Notes under the pieces: model-generated
The model's database searches: none
What the model was told of the DNA's origin: nothing
The model's input: the letters and a program-made list of their open reading frames with translations, nothing else
In this document: one piece after another, positions 1 through 13,000 of the stretch
Layout of the letters: each line of letters opens with the position of its first letter
How positions within the stretch are numbered: the stretch's first letter is position 1
Position numbers and translations under genes: made by a program
Assembly (NCBI RefSeq): GCF_006345805.1
Contig: NC_043001.1
Location: 122,140,001 to 122,204,000 of the forward strand
Direction: 5' to 3'
Origin: Octopus sinensis
Lineage: Eukaryota
Length of the DNA: 64,000 bases

Positions 1-560
1 CATAATAAATAATACATTTATGATCCCACTAAACCCAAAGCATAACGTTTTTGGCATGGATATTTGTCTTTGGTTGCTGTTTTGAGGGATCTTTACGCAA
101 ACTCCAGGATCTTTGTCACTCTGCGTTTTTGTACACAATCTATTTTTCATCTCCAGTCACAAGTTGTTTAAAAAAAGGTATGCTTTCATTCCTTTTCAAA
201 AGCATATCAAAAACGGAATATTGGTCCAAGCAATTCTTTTCTGAGAGTTTGCGAGGGACTCATACATTATAGCAAAAAATGTATCCTGCCTTCACTAGGT
301 GTTCATGAGCCGTACTTTTAGAAGCATCTAACTTTTCTCTGCGAGTTCTCTAGTCATGATATTCATTTTCTCCAATTTTTGCCTTCAAAAAATCTTCAAT
401 TTTGAAGGTCTTCCATTGCGACTGTCAATTACCAAGCTAAACTTTCCAGCTTTAAATGTTGCAAACCACCTTCGTGCAGTTGGTTCACCTACAGCATAAA
501 CTTCACAAATGCTTTTGCAAATCTTTGTAGCATTTTCTCCTTTTTTTAAAAAAGAAAAGC
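1..560 (-). mobile_element. Degraded mariner transposase remnant (N-terminal half)
   Basis: Minus frame GENATKICKSICEVYAVGEPTARRWFATFKAGKFSL..SRNGRPS, then degenerate VPRKLSEKN (WVPHEL-like); stops present. Confidence 0.8.
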
Positions 561-774
561 ATTACAACACAAATATGAAATGTTTGGTTATCCATTTCAA
601 ATATCAATAAAGGGTAACTGGAATGAAAGATAGATCTGGTTTTAGTCAAGAACAAAGAGATGAACTACCACTTCAAGCTATGCCAAAGTTTTAACCGTGT
701 GACGTTTCAGGTGTGTTCAATGAAGCCTTAAAAGATTTAGCTTAAAAACGCTCAGAACTTTCTGGATAACCTAA

Positions 775-1100
775 TACATATATATATACACACACACAAA
801 CATATATACATATGTGCTTATGTATCTATGTATGTATGTGTGCATATATGTATACATACACATATATACACTCACAACACACATACACACATATATATAT
901 ACACATACATATAATGTACTTCTACTTATATGTGTATATATATATAACACACACACACACACATATATAAATATATATATATGATACATATGTGTATGTA
1001 TATATAAAACATACATACATACATACATACATATATATGTGTGTGTGCATGTCTGTGTCTTTGTATACACACACGCACATGTATATATTTATGTATATAT
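775..1100. repeat. Compound (TA)/(CA)/(TACA) microsatellite
   Basis: Direct reading. Confidence 0.9.
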
Positions 1101-2073
1101 GGTGTAGATAAGGTGTTCTAGTGAAGTAAAAATTCTTAACTGAAGAATTTTAAAAAATCTATTCCAATCATTTGTCAAGAATACTGATATTGCATCTTTT
1201 TATAACTTAAGAGACTTTCTCCTTTCACCTTGATTCTTAGTTGACAATATTCCACTGAAGAGACACTAGTGACCGATATGGAAAGACAATCTGTTTCCAT
1301 TGGTAGATAAATTTTGAATTTTCATATTTCATTATGGATTTTCAATGAAACCTTTCATTCTTTAAAATAACACAGCAACTTTCTTCATTATCTCCACCCA
1401 GAAAGGTAAATCGCCATAAATTCCATGTCAGAACTACACATGTTGGTACTTCTCTTCCTCTTGTAACAATTAATTATACAAGAATATGTAAGTCAGTGCT
1501 GTTTCTTGTTCCAACCAAAAGAAGTTTTACAAGGACTTCCCAAACCACTTATGGATTGATTCTTTCATTGGAAATAACATACATGCATCTACAAACTGTT
1601 CCTTCTTCACACATTCTGAAGACAGCTTTCAACCTCAGTATTATCTTTGGGAGATTTATCTTCTACTACTTACATACATCCAAATTAGCATTAATCGTGT
1701 TTACATAGGATGAATGGAACGTGAGAAAAGTTTGGACATTAAAAAAATCAAAATAAAAAGCAAAACTAAAACAAAACAATTGTTTCCTATCAGACAAAGA
1801 ATATTATGTCAGGTATTCTAAATTTTCATTTTTTTTTTCTATATTTGATTTCTTCTGAGTTGATACAAGTATTCAGAAAACAAGTTTGTATTCTTAAATA
1901 CACTCTGGATCAGATTAGGATGAAAAACACCCGACATCTGTCCTTTCGTTGTATCACAGTTCATATTTTGTTTTTATTGAACTAAAAAGAAAAAAAATCA
2001 ATGATTTTTATTGTTCTTTGATTGGTATCTGTAGCATGTGTGTTATGTAAATAATATTTTTAACTGCTCCTCC

Positions 2074-2137
2074 CTTCAAGTTCTTTGCTTCGATGTTTGT
2101 TATCAATAAATTCTTCATCGAAACGAAGGACTTGAAG
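2074..2137 (+). ncRNA. Candidate pre-miRNA-like hairpin
   Basis: 22-nt arms CTTCAAGTTCTTTGCTTCGATG / CATCGAAACGAAGGACTTGAAG: 19 Watson-Crick pairs, 2 G-U, 1 mismatch, 20-nt loop; lies in apparently non-repetitive sequence. Confidence 0.3.
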
Positions 2138-2799
2138 TTGATTGAAGAAATGGGTTGACATTTTTATTATTTACATACAACACAAAAACAAACAATTGTC
2201 AAGACTAACCAGAGATCAACAGAAGTCATGCAAATAAAATTTATATCTTATTAACTTATCATTTTAAAAACAATATTCTTTATTCCATTAACCATTGCAC
2301 AAGTTCATATGATAAAGATGATTGTAACGACTTGTATGTCAATGTATCTACCTGTACATTATTTAGCACAAACTCTCAAAATAACGATTTAGTCCATTTC
2401 AGAATTGTTTTTTTGTCTTCAATGGTAGCCACACTTTGTTTAACTTTCCATATATCTACCCTAAAAACCATTGTGGCTAATGTAAGCATAATTTTTAAAT
2501 AGATTTTATTATTATTATCATTATTATTATTATTTTATTATATTATGATTTTCTCCTCCTTTTATAATGTGAAATCTTTTTATTTATTTGTTTATTTGTC
2601 AGCTATTTTTTAAGGACATTTTATCTGGAAATGTTACAATTCTGACTATATCTAAACTATGTATTCATCATGTACTATAAACTGTATTGATCCTGGAAAA
2701 TTTAGATCACTCAGAGATAAATACTTTTGAAAAAACGTAATTTTTGTTATATTTTCTTTTATATTTCTTTTCCTTATCACCTTTATTTTTTTATCATAT

Positions 2800-3090
2800 A
2801 TTTGTCGAGCGTGATCGTTACCAACGTCACTTCACTGGCACCTGTGCTGGTGGCACGTGTAAAAAGATTTGAGCGAGGTCATTGCCAGTACCGCCTGACT
2901 GGCCCCCGTGCCGGTGGCATGTAAAAATCACCCACTACACTCTCGGAGTGGTTGGCGTTAGGAAGGGCAGCCAGCTGTAGAAACTCTGCCAGATCAAGAT
3001 TGGAGCCTGGTGCAGCCATTTGGTTTGCCAGCCCTCAGTCAAAATCGTCCAACCCATGCTAGCATGGAAAGCAGACATTAAATGATGATG
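2800..3090 (+). mobile_element. SINE-like repeat 'family C' (GGAAGGGCATCC core, (GAT)n tail); other copies 3425-3670, 9470-9795, 10427-10830(-), 11620-11780, 14570-14960(-)
   Basis: Multiple dispersed homologous copies; the tail resembles RTE-type 3' ends (inference). Confidence 0.75.
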
Positions 3091-3724
3091 CTTGTGTCAT
3101 TGGATTGTGGCCATGCTGTGGTACTACCTTGAAGGATTTTAGTCAAACAATTCAACCCCAGTACATATTTTTCAAAGTCTGGTACTTATTTTATTGATCT
3201 CTTTTGCTGAACCACTAAGTTATGGGGATGTAAACAAACCAACACTGGTTGTAAAGTGGTGGAGTAGGGCACAAAGACACATATACAACAGGCTTCCACA
3301 CAGTTTTCATTTTCCAAATTCCCTCACATGACATTGTTTGGCCCTGAGCTATAGCAAGAAGACAGTTGTGCTAGGTGCCATGCAGTGGGACTGAACCTGT
3401 AAACATGTGGTTGCAAAACAAGCTCCTGTGCTGGTGGCACATAAAAAAGCACCATTTGAGCGTGGTTGTTGCCAGTACCACCTGACTGGCCTCCATGCCG
3501 GTGGCTTGTAAAAAGCACTACACTCTCGGAGTGGTTGGCATTAGGAAGGGCATCCAGCTGTAGAAACCTTGCCAGATCAGATTGGAACCTGGTGCAGCCT
3601 TTTGGCTTGCCAGCCCTCAGTCAAACCGTCCGACCCATGCCAGCATGGAAAGCGGACATTAAACAATGATGCTCTCCACGCCACCAGTTTTATCCAAGGG
3701 AAAGGCAAAGGGGCCGATACAGCT

Positions 3725-3890
3725 TGGCACCTGTGACGTCGTAACTCATTTCTACAGCTGAGTGAACTGGAGCAACGTGAAATAAAGTGTCTTGCTCAAG
3801 AACACAACACATAGCCCGGTCCGGGATTTGAACTCACAACCTCACGATCATAAGCTTGACGCTCTAACCACTGAGCCATGCACCTTCACG
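3725..3890 (-). mobile_element. tRNA-headed CORE-like SINE fragment
   Basis: Minus: GGCTCAGTGGTTAGAGCG (A box), GTGAGTTCAAATCC (B box), CTTGAGCAAGACACTT (CORE-like); related pieces at ~38990-39095, 42735-42885, 49900-49965. Confidence 0.65.
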
Positions 3891-4659
3891 ACGATGATGA
3901 TGATGGATAATAATAACCCATTGTTTAGAACATGACTTTACAAAAAGTTCTTCAATCAAATTGTGATGAAAGGTTTTATTTTATCTAAGAACACTTCAAA
4001 GTGGATATTTTCGTACCATGGGACCAGGGTAGTCTCAGATGGGTTTGTATGGGCTTTTAAGAGACCAATCTTATTTCTCTACTGGCAAAATAAGTAAAAA
4101 TGGTTACTATTATTTATTTGTGTAATTAGCATTGTTTGAGCCCTTCTCAAGAAATATATTCACTGTGATATTTTTTTCAAGAAGAAGAAATGGAAATAAA
4201 TTTCATAGCGTAGACATGGCTGTGCAATCAAGCTCATTTGCAACCAAGTGGTTTGGGGTTCAGTCCTCTTGCATGCCACCTTGAGTAAGTGTCTTCTGTT
4301 GTAGCTATATCCAGGCTGATCAGTGCCTTGTGAGTGAATTTAATAGATGGAAACTGTGTGGAAGCCCATCATTTGTGTGTATGTAGACATATGTATGTGT
4401 GTGTCTTTGAATATGTCCCCTGCACCTATTGTTTGATAATCAGTGTTGGTTGATTTATATCCCTAAAACTTAAGGGTTTGGCAATTGGTTCTGATTAAAT
4501 AAGTACCAAACTTTAAAAAAATAAGCACTGGGATTGAGTTGTTAAAGTAAACTCTTCACGGTGGTGCCCCAGCATGGCCACAGTATAATAGCTAAAAGAC
4601 GAAAGAATGCTTATGAAATTCAGTTTATCACCATCATCACCACTGTCATCATCATCATT

Positions 4660-5010
4660 GATGTTGATGATTTGTTTGTTGAACGAAGCGGTCTTCGTCC
4701 CAGAGTGGGAGAAGTCCGAAACGTGGTCCTTTGCTATTCGTAAGATCCACAGAAATGAGAGCAGGTCAACCCCCGACACTGAGAGCATTGACGGATGGAT
4801 GAATGCACATCCAGGCTCAGTGGTTGCGTAAGAAGTTGGAGACAAGAAACAGGAAGAAAGAGTGAGAGAAAGTTGGAGCGAAAGAGTACAGCAGGGGTCA
4901 CCACCACCCCCTGCCGGAGCCTTGTGGAGCTTTAGGTGTTTTCGCTCAATAAACACACACAATGCCCGGTCTGGGAATCGAAACCGCGAGTTTCCTGCCC
5001 TAACCGTTGG
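4660..5010 (-). mobile_element. tRNA-headed SINE 'family E'
   Basis: Reverse complement of the head/body seen at 25347 and 34968. Confidence 0.7.
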
Positions 5011-5205
5011 GCCATTGCGCATCCACTTGATGTTGATGATGATGATAATGACAATGGTGATAGTGATGATGATGAATCTGTTGGAGGAGTTGTGCTTGCA
5101 ATTCAAAGGTCCAGTTTTATCACAAATTTATACAGAGAGGACAAACAAGGACAGACAAACAGATTAAGTCGACTATATCAACCCCAGTGCATAACTGGTA
5201 CTTCA

Positions 5206-5432
5206 AGGTGGCGAGCTGGCAGAAACGTTAGCACGCTGGGCAAAATTCTTAGCATTATTTTGTCTGCGTTCTGAGTTCAAATTCCACCGAGGTTGACTTT
5301 GCCTTTCATCCTTTCGGGGTCAATTAAATAAGTACCAGTTTTGCACTGGGGTTGATGTAATCGACTTAATCCGGTTTGTCTGTCCTTGTTTGTCCCCTCT
5401 GTGTTTAGCCCCCTGTGGGTAGTAAAGAAATA
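5206..5432 (+). mobile_element. tRNA-derived SINE 'family A' (GGCGAGCTGGCAGAAACGTTAGC...); about 15 copies/fragments in the window (e.g. 7060-7380, 18722-18952, 21180-21735, 34608-34800, 40650-41085, 44385-44600, 46570-46995, 56135-56346)
   Basis: A/B-box-like head, central GACTTTGCCTTTCATCCTTTCGGGGTCGATAAA.TAAGTACCAG block, tail ending GTGGGCAATAAAGAAATA. Confidence 0.85.
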
Positions 5433-6650
5433 GGTACTTATTTAATCGACCCCAAAAGGGTGAAAGGTAAAGTCAACCTCAGAGGAATTTGAACTCAGAA
5501 CGTACCAGCAGATGAAATACTGCAAAGTATTTTGCCCAGTGTGCTAATGATTCTGCCAGCTTGCCACCTTAAACACCCTCAAATAATAACAACAACAATA
5601 GCTGAATGGAATGTTAAGTTTATTATCATATGGAAAATGTTTAAAAATATTCTTTAAGTCAATTGCAAATTAGAAAGTATAATGAACCTTTTAACATTTT
5701 GCAAAATAAAAATATTGATTCTACAGTTTTTGAGAATGCATAAAAATGTGACCATCATTTTCCATCTTCTTAGTGAATACAACAGGGTGTCATTATATCT
5801 TTCCATTGTGGTAGAAACTCAGCATTCTAAAATTTGGTACGTTTCCATAAAAACTTGGATTTTGACCATAATCTGTGAATCTGGGTTTTACACCATTCAA
5901 GTTACTCATCACTTTACAGAATAAAGATCTTTAGATCATCATTAGAATTACATTTTATTGCTTTTCATGTTGCATCTGGTATTTTGACTCAAAGTTCCTG
6001 TAAAAATTTCTATATTCCAACTTTATAACTGATTACTCAATTGGCACTTTATTTTGTCAACCTAAGGTAACGAAAGGCAAAGTTGATCTCAGTGGGCTTT
6101 AAGCATTTTTAAAAATATTGCCATACACTTAATGAATTATTTTAATCTAAACTCTGTCTGGATTTAATATTCTAAAGTTAAACTATACAAATCAATATCT
6201 TAACAAATTAATGTATTAAGCATATTTAAGTACTTTTGATAGTTTTATTTATATCAAATAATTAACCAATTAATAACCAAGCAAAAGCTCTATGTATTTT
6301 ATGCATTTAATAAACTATATAATTTATAAAAAAAAAAAAACTGTTATATGTACAGATTGGTTGTTTCACTTTAATCTTCCCAGGCTTGCATGAATAGGAT
6401 GGTTTTGATAAATTTGGACGTTTCAGTAGGATAGGAACGATTTTTACAGCTGGCTATCCTTCCAGCCTCCAGGCTTTTTAAATATAAAACAGGAGTGGCA
6501 ATCAGTGTCAGTCCAATTGACTGAGGCAAGCAGAGTTGAGTGTGGTTTGTGCAGGGGCAGAACACAATGGCTATAATAAAGTTTGAATTCAGAACCCACT
6601 CAGGTTTTGCTGTGCTGTATTTTAAAAGTTTCAAACAAAGATTTGATGCA

Positions 6651-6656
6651 TTTATT
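6651..6656 (-). promoter_or_regulatory. Candidate poly(A) signal AATAAA for CYBC1-like gene
   Basis: First AATAAA I found on the minus strand after the stop (~180 nt downstream); others lie further down (e.g. ~6244). Confidence 0.3.
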
Positions 6657-6836
6657 TAAGTGATGCATTTTTATATCAGCAAACACAATATTTCTGCAAT
6701 TTCCCTGTTTATGTTCCGGAAATGAAGCAGTTGTGGCCGAAGCCTTGATGCTAGCGCTTTCTTCACACACCCGATTTTGTGTACAGACAACAATTCAGTG
6801 AAAATAAAATTACAAATTTTTTTTGTATCAGTTCAG

Positions 6837-7035
6837 TCACATCTTGTACATATTTTCTGTATTTGCTGCAACACTTGAACTTTCAGGCAGAACATATTGT
6901 GGACCGATTTGTTCGAAACTATCCTCGGATGATGAACTGTCTCCAAGATAGTCATCCCCATCATTTGGGTCATGGTGATGATTCAGGTCTACTTCAAGGA
7001 AATCTTGGATTTTGTGAGCAATAGCATAGTGATCA
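6837..7035 (-). CDS. CYBC1: CYBC1-like terminal coding exon, 199 nt (S-DHYAIAHKIQDFLEVD...NMYKM*)
   Basis: long U tract + ggcag| acceptor; TGA at 6839-6837; overlaps ORF 6837..7091. Confidence 0.88.
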
Positions 7036-10000
7036 CTGCCAAAAAGAAAAAAAAAAAATAGTTTCTTTACTACCCACGAGGGGACAAACAAATGGATTAA
7101 GTCGATTATATCGATCCCAGTGCGTAACTGGTACTTATTTAATCAACCCCGAAAGGATGAAAGGCAAAGTAGACCTCAGCGGAATTTGAACGTAGCAGCA
7201 GACGAAATACCTATTTCTTTATTACCCACAAGGGGCTAAACACAGAGAGGACAAACAAGGACAGACAAACAGATTAAGTCGATTATATCAACCCCAGTGA
7301 GTAACTGGTACTTATTTAATCGACCCCGAAAGGATAAAAGGCAAAGTCGACCTCGGCGGAATTTGAACTCAGAACGTATGACTTACAAAATAAAACTTTT
7401 TTTCCACTACTACCTACCTCCTCAACAATTGCTACCACCAGTGAATATACAATCACTCTTAATCTGTAACATAGGAATATAGGACTCTTCTTTATTTTTC
7501 TTTTCCAACTATCTCTACTTGTTTCAATTATTGGACTGCAGCCATACTGAGGTACCACCTTGAAGGGTTTTCATTGAACAAATCAACCCCCAGCTGAAAT
7601 CTAGTTCTGATTATATGAGCCTCTATTGACGAACTGCAAAATTGCAAGGATGTAAATATAGGCACTGGTGTACCTGTGTGGTTGCTTTCCAATGAGTTCA
7701 GTCCCACTGCATGCCACCTTGGGCAAGTGTCTTCAACTAAAACCTCAGGCTGAACTAGTGCAAGGATTTGGTAGACAGAAACTGAAAGAAGCCTGTCGTG
7801 TGTGTGTATGTATATATATATGCATATATATACATAAACGATGATACCTATGCATATATATACATATGCATATATATATATGCATATATATATGCATATA
7901 TATATATATGCATATCATCGTTTAACGTCCGTTCTCCATGCTAGCATGGGTTGGACTATATATATGTATATCTATATATAAGCATATATATATATATATG
8001 CATATATCATAGGCACAGGAATGGCTGTGTGGTAAGTAGCTTGCTTACCAACCACATGGTCCCAGGTTCAGTCCCACTGCATGGCACCTTGGGCAAGTGT
8101 CTTCTACTATAGCTTCGGGCTGACCAATGCCTTGTGAGTGGATTTGGTAGATGGAAACTGGAAGAAGCTCATTGCATATGTTTATATATGTATGTCTGTC
8201 TGTTTGTCCCACCCGCTGCTGCCAGCATGGAAAGTGGTTGTTAAACGATGATGATGATGATGAAAGAAGCAATAAGGTGTTCAATGAATTGGTCATACAA
8301 TAACAAACCTGCTGTCTCCTATTGTAAAGGATTCTGTGATACCAATTATAGCACCAGCTGCCAAAAGAACCACCACCTGGTTTCCTTTACCAAGGTATTT
8401 CATTTCCCTTTCTTCAACGCGTACACCAACAATGTCGTCTAAGCTGGCTTTCACTGGAAATAAGACAATAACCAATGAAACTCTTGAAACTGCACGTTTC
8501 CATGTCAGAGATAAATGATAAGATATTAATTACCAAGATATCAATTACCAAGATATCAATTACCGAGATATCAATTACCGAGATATCAATTACCGAGATA
8601 TCAATTACCGAGATATCAATTACCAAGATATTAATTACCAAGATATCAATTACCAAGATATCAATTACCAAGATATCAATTACCAAGATATCAATTATCA
8701 AGATATCAATTACCAAGATATTAATTACCAAGATATCAATTACCAAGATATCAATTACCAAGATATCAATTACCAAGATATCAATTACCAAGATATCAAT
8801 TACCAAGATATCAATTACCAAGATATTGGTAACCAGAGTGACTAACCAGTCAGTTGGAACCCTATCCATCAATCCATTATCTTCACCCACTATTTCAGGG
8901 AGGCATTGTTGGGGTAGAGTCCTCAGGCACCCCCTCCATAGAATCCCGTAAGATCAGCCATGATCACACGAGAGCATGGATGTTATCCAACCATTTTGTT
9001 CTTGGTCTACTCCTAGGTTTCCTGCTGGTTGAAGAATCCATCTGGCAAGTCTTTCCTGTGACAGTCTAATCACATGTCCATAGTACTGGAGCTGTGCCTT
9101 CTCAATACAGAGACTTAACCTGGCTTAACCTCAAGAGACTCCTTGGTCTCTGAGCTACATATCCTGTCAAGTAAAATTACACCAAAGATCGTTTAGAGCA
9201 ACCATCCATCAGATGGAACTAACAAATATACTTTTCATCACTTATACGACAAACATGACAGAACTAGTTCAGATGAGTGATAGATTATTATAGGTTTGTG
9301 CTGAGTAAAAACAGTAGGAAAATACTGGAAGATTAAGACTGCAGGATAAGAAATATCAGTCTCAGGAAAGAGTTAAGAATATACAGGGTTGGCCAAAAGT
9401 CACCCGACAGTAAATCAAAATTCCATAAATACTATCTGTAATTCTGTATTGACTCGGATGGTAAAATGTGTCACTGTGCCGGTGGCATGTAAAAAGCACC
9501 ATCCAAACATGGCCGATGCCAGTGCCGCCTTGACTGGCTTCTGTGCCGGTGGCACGTTAAAAGCACCAACCGATCATGACCGATGCCAGACTCCCCTGGC
9601 ACCTGTGCCGGTGGCACGTAAAAAGCACCCACTACACTCGCGGAGTGGTTGGCGTTAGGAAGGGCATCCAGCTGTAGAAACACTGCCAGATCAGACTGGA
9701 GCCTGGTGCAGCCTCCTGGCTTCCCAGACCCCAGTCGAACCGTCCAACCCATGCTAGCGTGGAAAACGGACGTTAAACGATGATGATGATGATGAAGAAG
9801 GACATCAGTTTGAACAATTTTCATGATGTTTCATATTTAGATGCTCTTATTAAATTCATTCAGTTGTCAAACATAAATTAATCTTGGAATTAATTGGTTT
9901 TTACTTACTGTCAGGTGGCTTTTTGGCCAACCCTGTATATCTTAGAATGATGTACTTAGATTAGAAAAGAAAAGAAAGTACTATAATAATAAGAATCCTT

Positions 10001-13000
10001 TCTACTATAGGCACAGGGACTGGAATTTTGGGAGAGGGGGGCTAGTCAATTAGATTGGTCCCAGTATGCAATTGGTACTTATTTTAATGACTTTGAAAGG
10101 GTGAGTAGCATCTTTGATCTCAGCGGGATTTGAAGTCAGAATATAAAGATGGATGAAGTATTTTATCCAGGATACAAATAGTTGCCACCTTAATGACAAT
10201 AATAATAATAATAATAATGATGATTACTTACCAACATGTTGTTTGAGCAGTGGGTGAAGGAACCGTTGTAGAAGACTTCGCTTTTTGATGGTCAGCAGTC
10301 CAGTTGACTTCTCAAATATACAGTCCTGATAAAGAAGACAGATCATGTACAGAATATTTTTCCTTTTACAGGGTAATGGATTGCCAAAATCAGCAGAGTG
10401 ATAAAAAAGATGTCCTCCTCCTCCGCATCATCATCATTTAACGTCTGTTGTCCATGCTGGCATGAGTTGGACAGTTTGACTGGGCTGGCACTCTGTAAGG
10501 CTGCACCAGGCCCCAATCTGATTTAGCATGGTTTTCTACAGCTGGATGCCCTTCCTAACACTAACCACTCAGCAGAATGTAATAAGTACTTTCATGTGCC
10601 ACCAGCATGTGTGTCATTTCTGTGACACTGGTATCTTGTCACGACTACGATTTTGCTCGGCTTGGTGGGTCTTCTTCTCAAGCACGTCATACTGTCAAAA
10701 GTCTTGGTCATTGCTGCTGTGAGGCCCAACACTCGAAAGGAACTCGGCCATTTTGCCTCCACAAGGCCCAATGTTTGAAAGGAACTCAACCACTTTGCCT
10801 CTGTGAGGCCAAACTCATGTAATATCTAATTTCAAATCTTTACATGCTGAGTTCAAACCCTACCAAGATCTACTATGCTTTTCATCCTTTTACGGGTTAA
10901 TAAAATAAGTGGCAGTTGAGGGCTGGGATCAGTAGAATCAAAATCCTTTCGTATTTCTATAATTAGATATTATAAGGAATTGTATAAAAATTGTTTACTC
11001 TTTTACTTGTTTCAGTCATTTGACTGTGGCCATGCTGGAGCACTGCCTTTAGTCGAGCAAATTGACCGCAGGACTTATTCTTTGTAAGCCTAGTACTTAT
11101 TCTATCGGTCACTTTTGCCGAACCGCTAAGTTACAGGGATGTAAACACACCAGCATCGGTTGTCAAAGCAATGTTGGGGGGACAAACACAGACACACAAA
11201 CATATACACACACACATACATATATCTACATATATACAATGGGCTTCTTTCAATTTCCGTCTACCAAATCCACTCACAAGGCTTTGGTTGGCCCGAGGCT
11301 ATAGTAGAAGACATTTGCCCAAGGTTCCATGCAGTAGAACTGAACCCGGAACCATGTGGTTGGTAAGCAAGCTACTTACCACACAGCCACTCTTTAAAAA
11401 AGATTTTGTGAATTGTAAAAGTATAAACAATGTATTATACATAAACTTCACAGGTCTGAAACGCCATTTTTCTTGGCCCTAGAAAAAAATTACTGTAGGC
11501 CACCAAAAATCTTATATGGACTACCAGGATCCACATGAATCCTGGTTGAGAACCCCTGGTCTAAATAATTATACAACCTTAGTAATAACAACTCAGCCAA
11601 GGTATTAAATAAATATTCTTAACTCTGTAAAGTGATTGGCGTTAAGAAAGGGATCCTGCCATTTGACACTGTGCAAAAATAGACAATTGGGGCCTGGAGC
11701 AGCTTCCTGGCTTCCCAGCTCCTCTCAAACTGTCCAGCTTATGCCGGTATAGAAAAACGATGTTAAATGACGATGATGATGATGAAGAGGTGGTATGGCT
11801 TTGTGGTTAAAACGTTTGCTTCCCAGCCACATGCTTTGGGGTTCAGTCCCACTGTGGAGCTTCGTGCAATTTTCTGCAATAACACTGGACTGAGTAGATT
11901 TGCAAGATGGAAACCGAGACAGGCCTGTTATTCATTCGTTCATAAATGCATGCATACATACATTCACACACAATGCAGTATCTATATATGGACGGCCAAT
12001 TAAAGGAACAAACTGAATTAAAAGCGGTTTTTCTGATGAAAATTAAATTTGCATCATGAGCTGGGATAAAACATAGGAATTTGATACCAAACTAGCTTAA
12101 ATTTTCTCCACCAACTATAAAACCGCATAATAAATATAAGTGGCTGGGAGAGCTTGTACACAATTCACGTAGCTTGAAAATTTTGCATATTTTACATAGA
12201 AAAAAAAACATTATTCATAGTTTTTGCAAGAAAAATGAAACTGGATCGACAGAAACAAGAAAATGTTGAAAAAAGCCACAATCGTACCCACACACAGAGA
12301 TTCCTATAGTAAGGGAGGTAATCGCGGTTGAAATGTGTAAGAGTGCTTTCCCTTTACACACTAACATCCGACATTTTGGCAGATTTGAATGTTGTGTATC
12401 GGATCACAGTTGTTATTCACGATAGAAATTGGTCTTCCAGAAAGCGGTGTGTGTTTATAACACGTGAATCACAAGGCTAAAGGTTACTTCGGGGTACCGC
12501 AGTGTTTAGCCTTTGTTTTGCATCTCTTCAACCGATTAATTTCACAAGAGGCCGAGCTAAGGACATTCACTTTCGAGGTACTACTAGCGTAGTCGCGCAT
12601 CCGCGTTAGCTAGTCATGACTAGTCGATACTTACTGTGTGTTTTTGTGTGTTATTTACTTTGATTAAAAAACTATTTATTGTGTGTTTTTGTACTTTATT
12701 TACTTTCTGTAAAAAAACTATTTACTTTGTGTAAAAAAAATTATTCATTTTGTGTTTTATTTACTTTGCTAGGTAGTCGTTGTAGGATCGACTAGTCACG
12801 ACTAGCTAGCGCGGATGCGCGCACCGGGACCACTATTCGCTAGTTGTACCCACTTTCGAATCTACCAGAACGAATTAACAATGAATAGCTACGTTATTTG
12901 GATTCTCACAGTTCTGCGTGCATCCCATGAATAATTTGTTTGCTGATTCTTATAAACAAAAACTCGGTCCAGTGAAGCTCTCAACTCTCCTTACACAAGC

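Noticed and set aside
6400-6480. Stem (GGATAG/CTATCC) with an A-rich loop in the CYBC1 3'UTR after a TGA stop, as a possible SECIS
   Set aside because: Lacks the AUGA/GA quartet, and a second TGA follows two codons after the stop.
8414-8951. 158-aa ORFs on both strands ((ILVID)n and (SITKI)n)
   Set aside because: Translation of a 15-bp minisatellite; the minus ORF is out of frame with CYBC1 exon 5 and lies in an intron.
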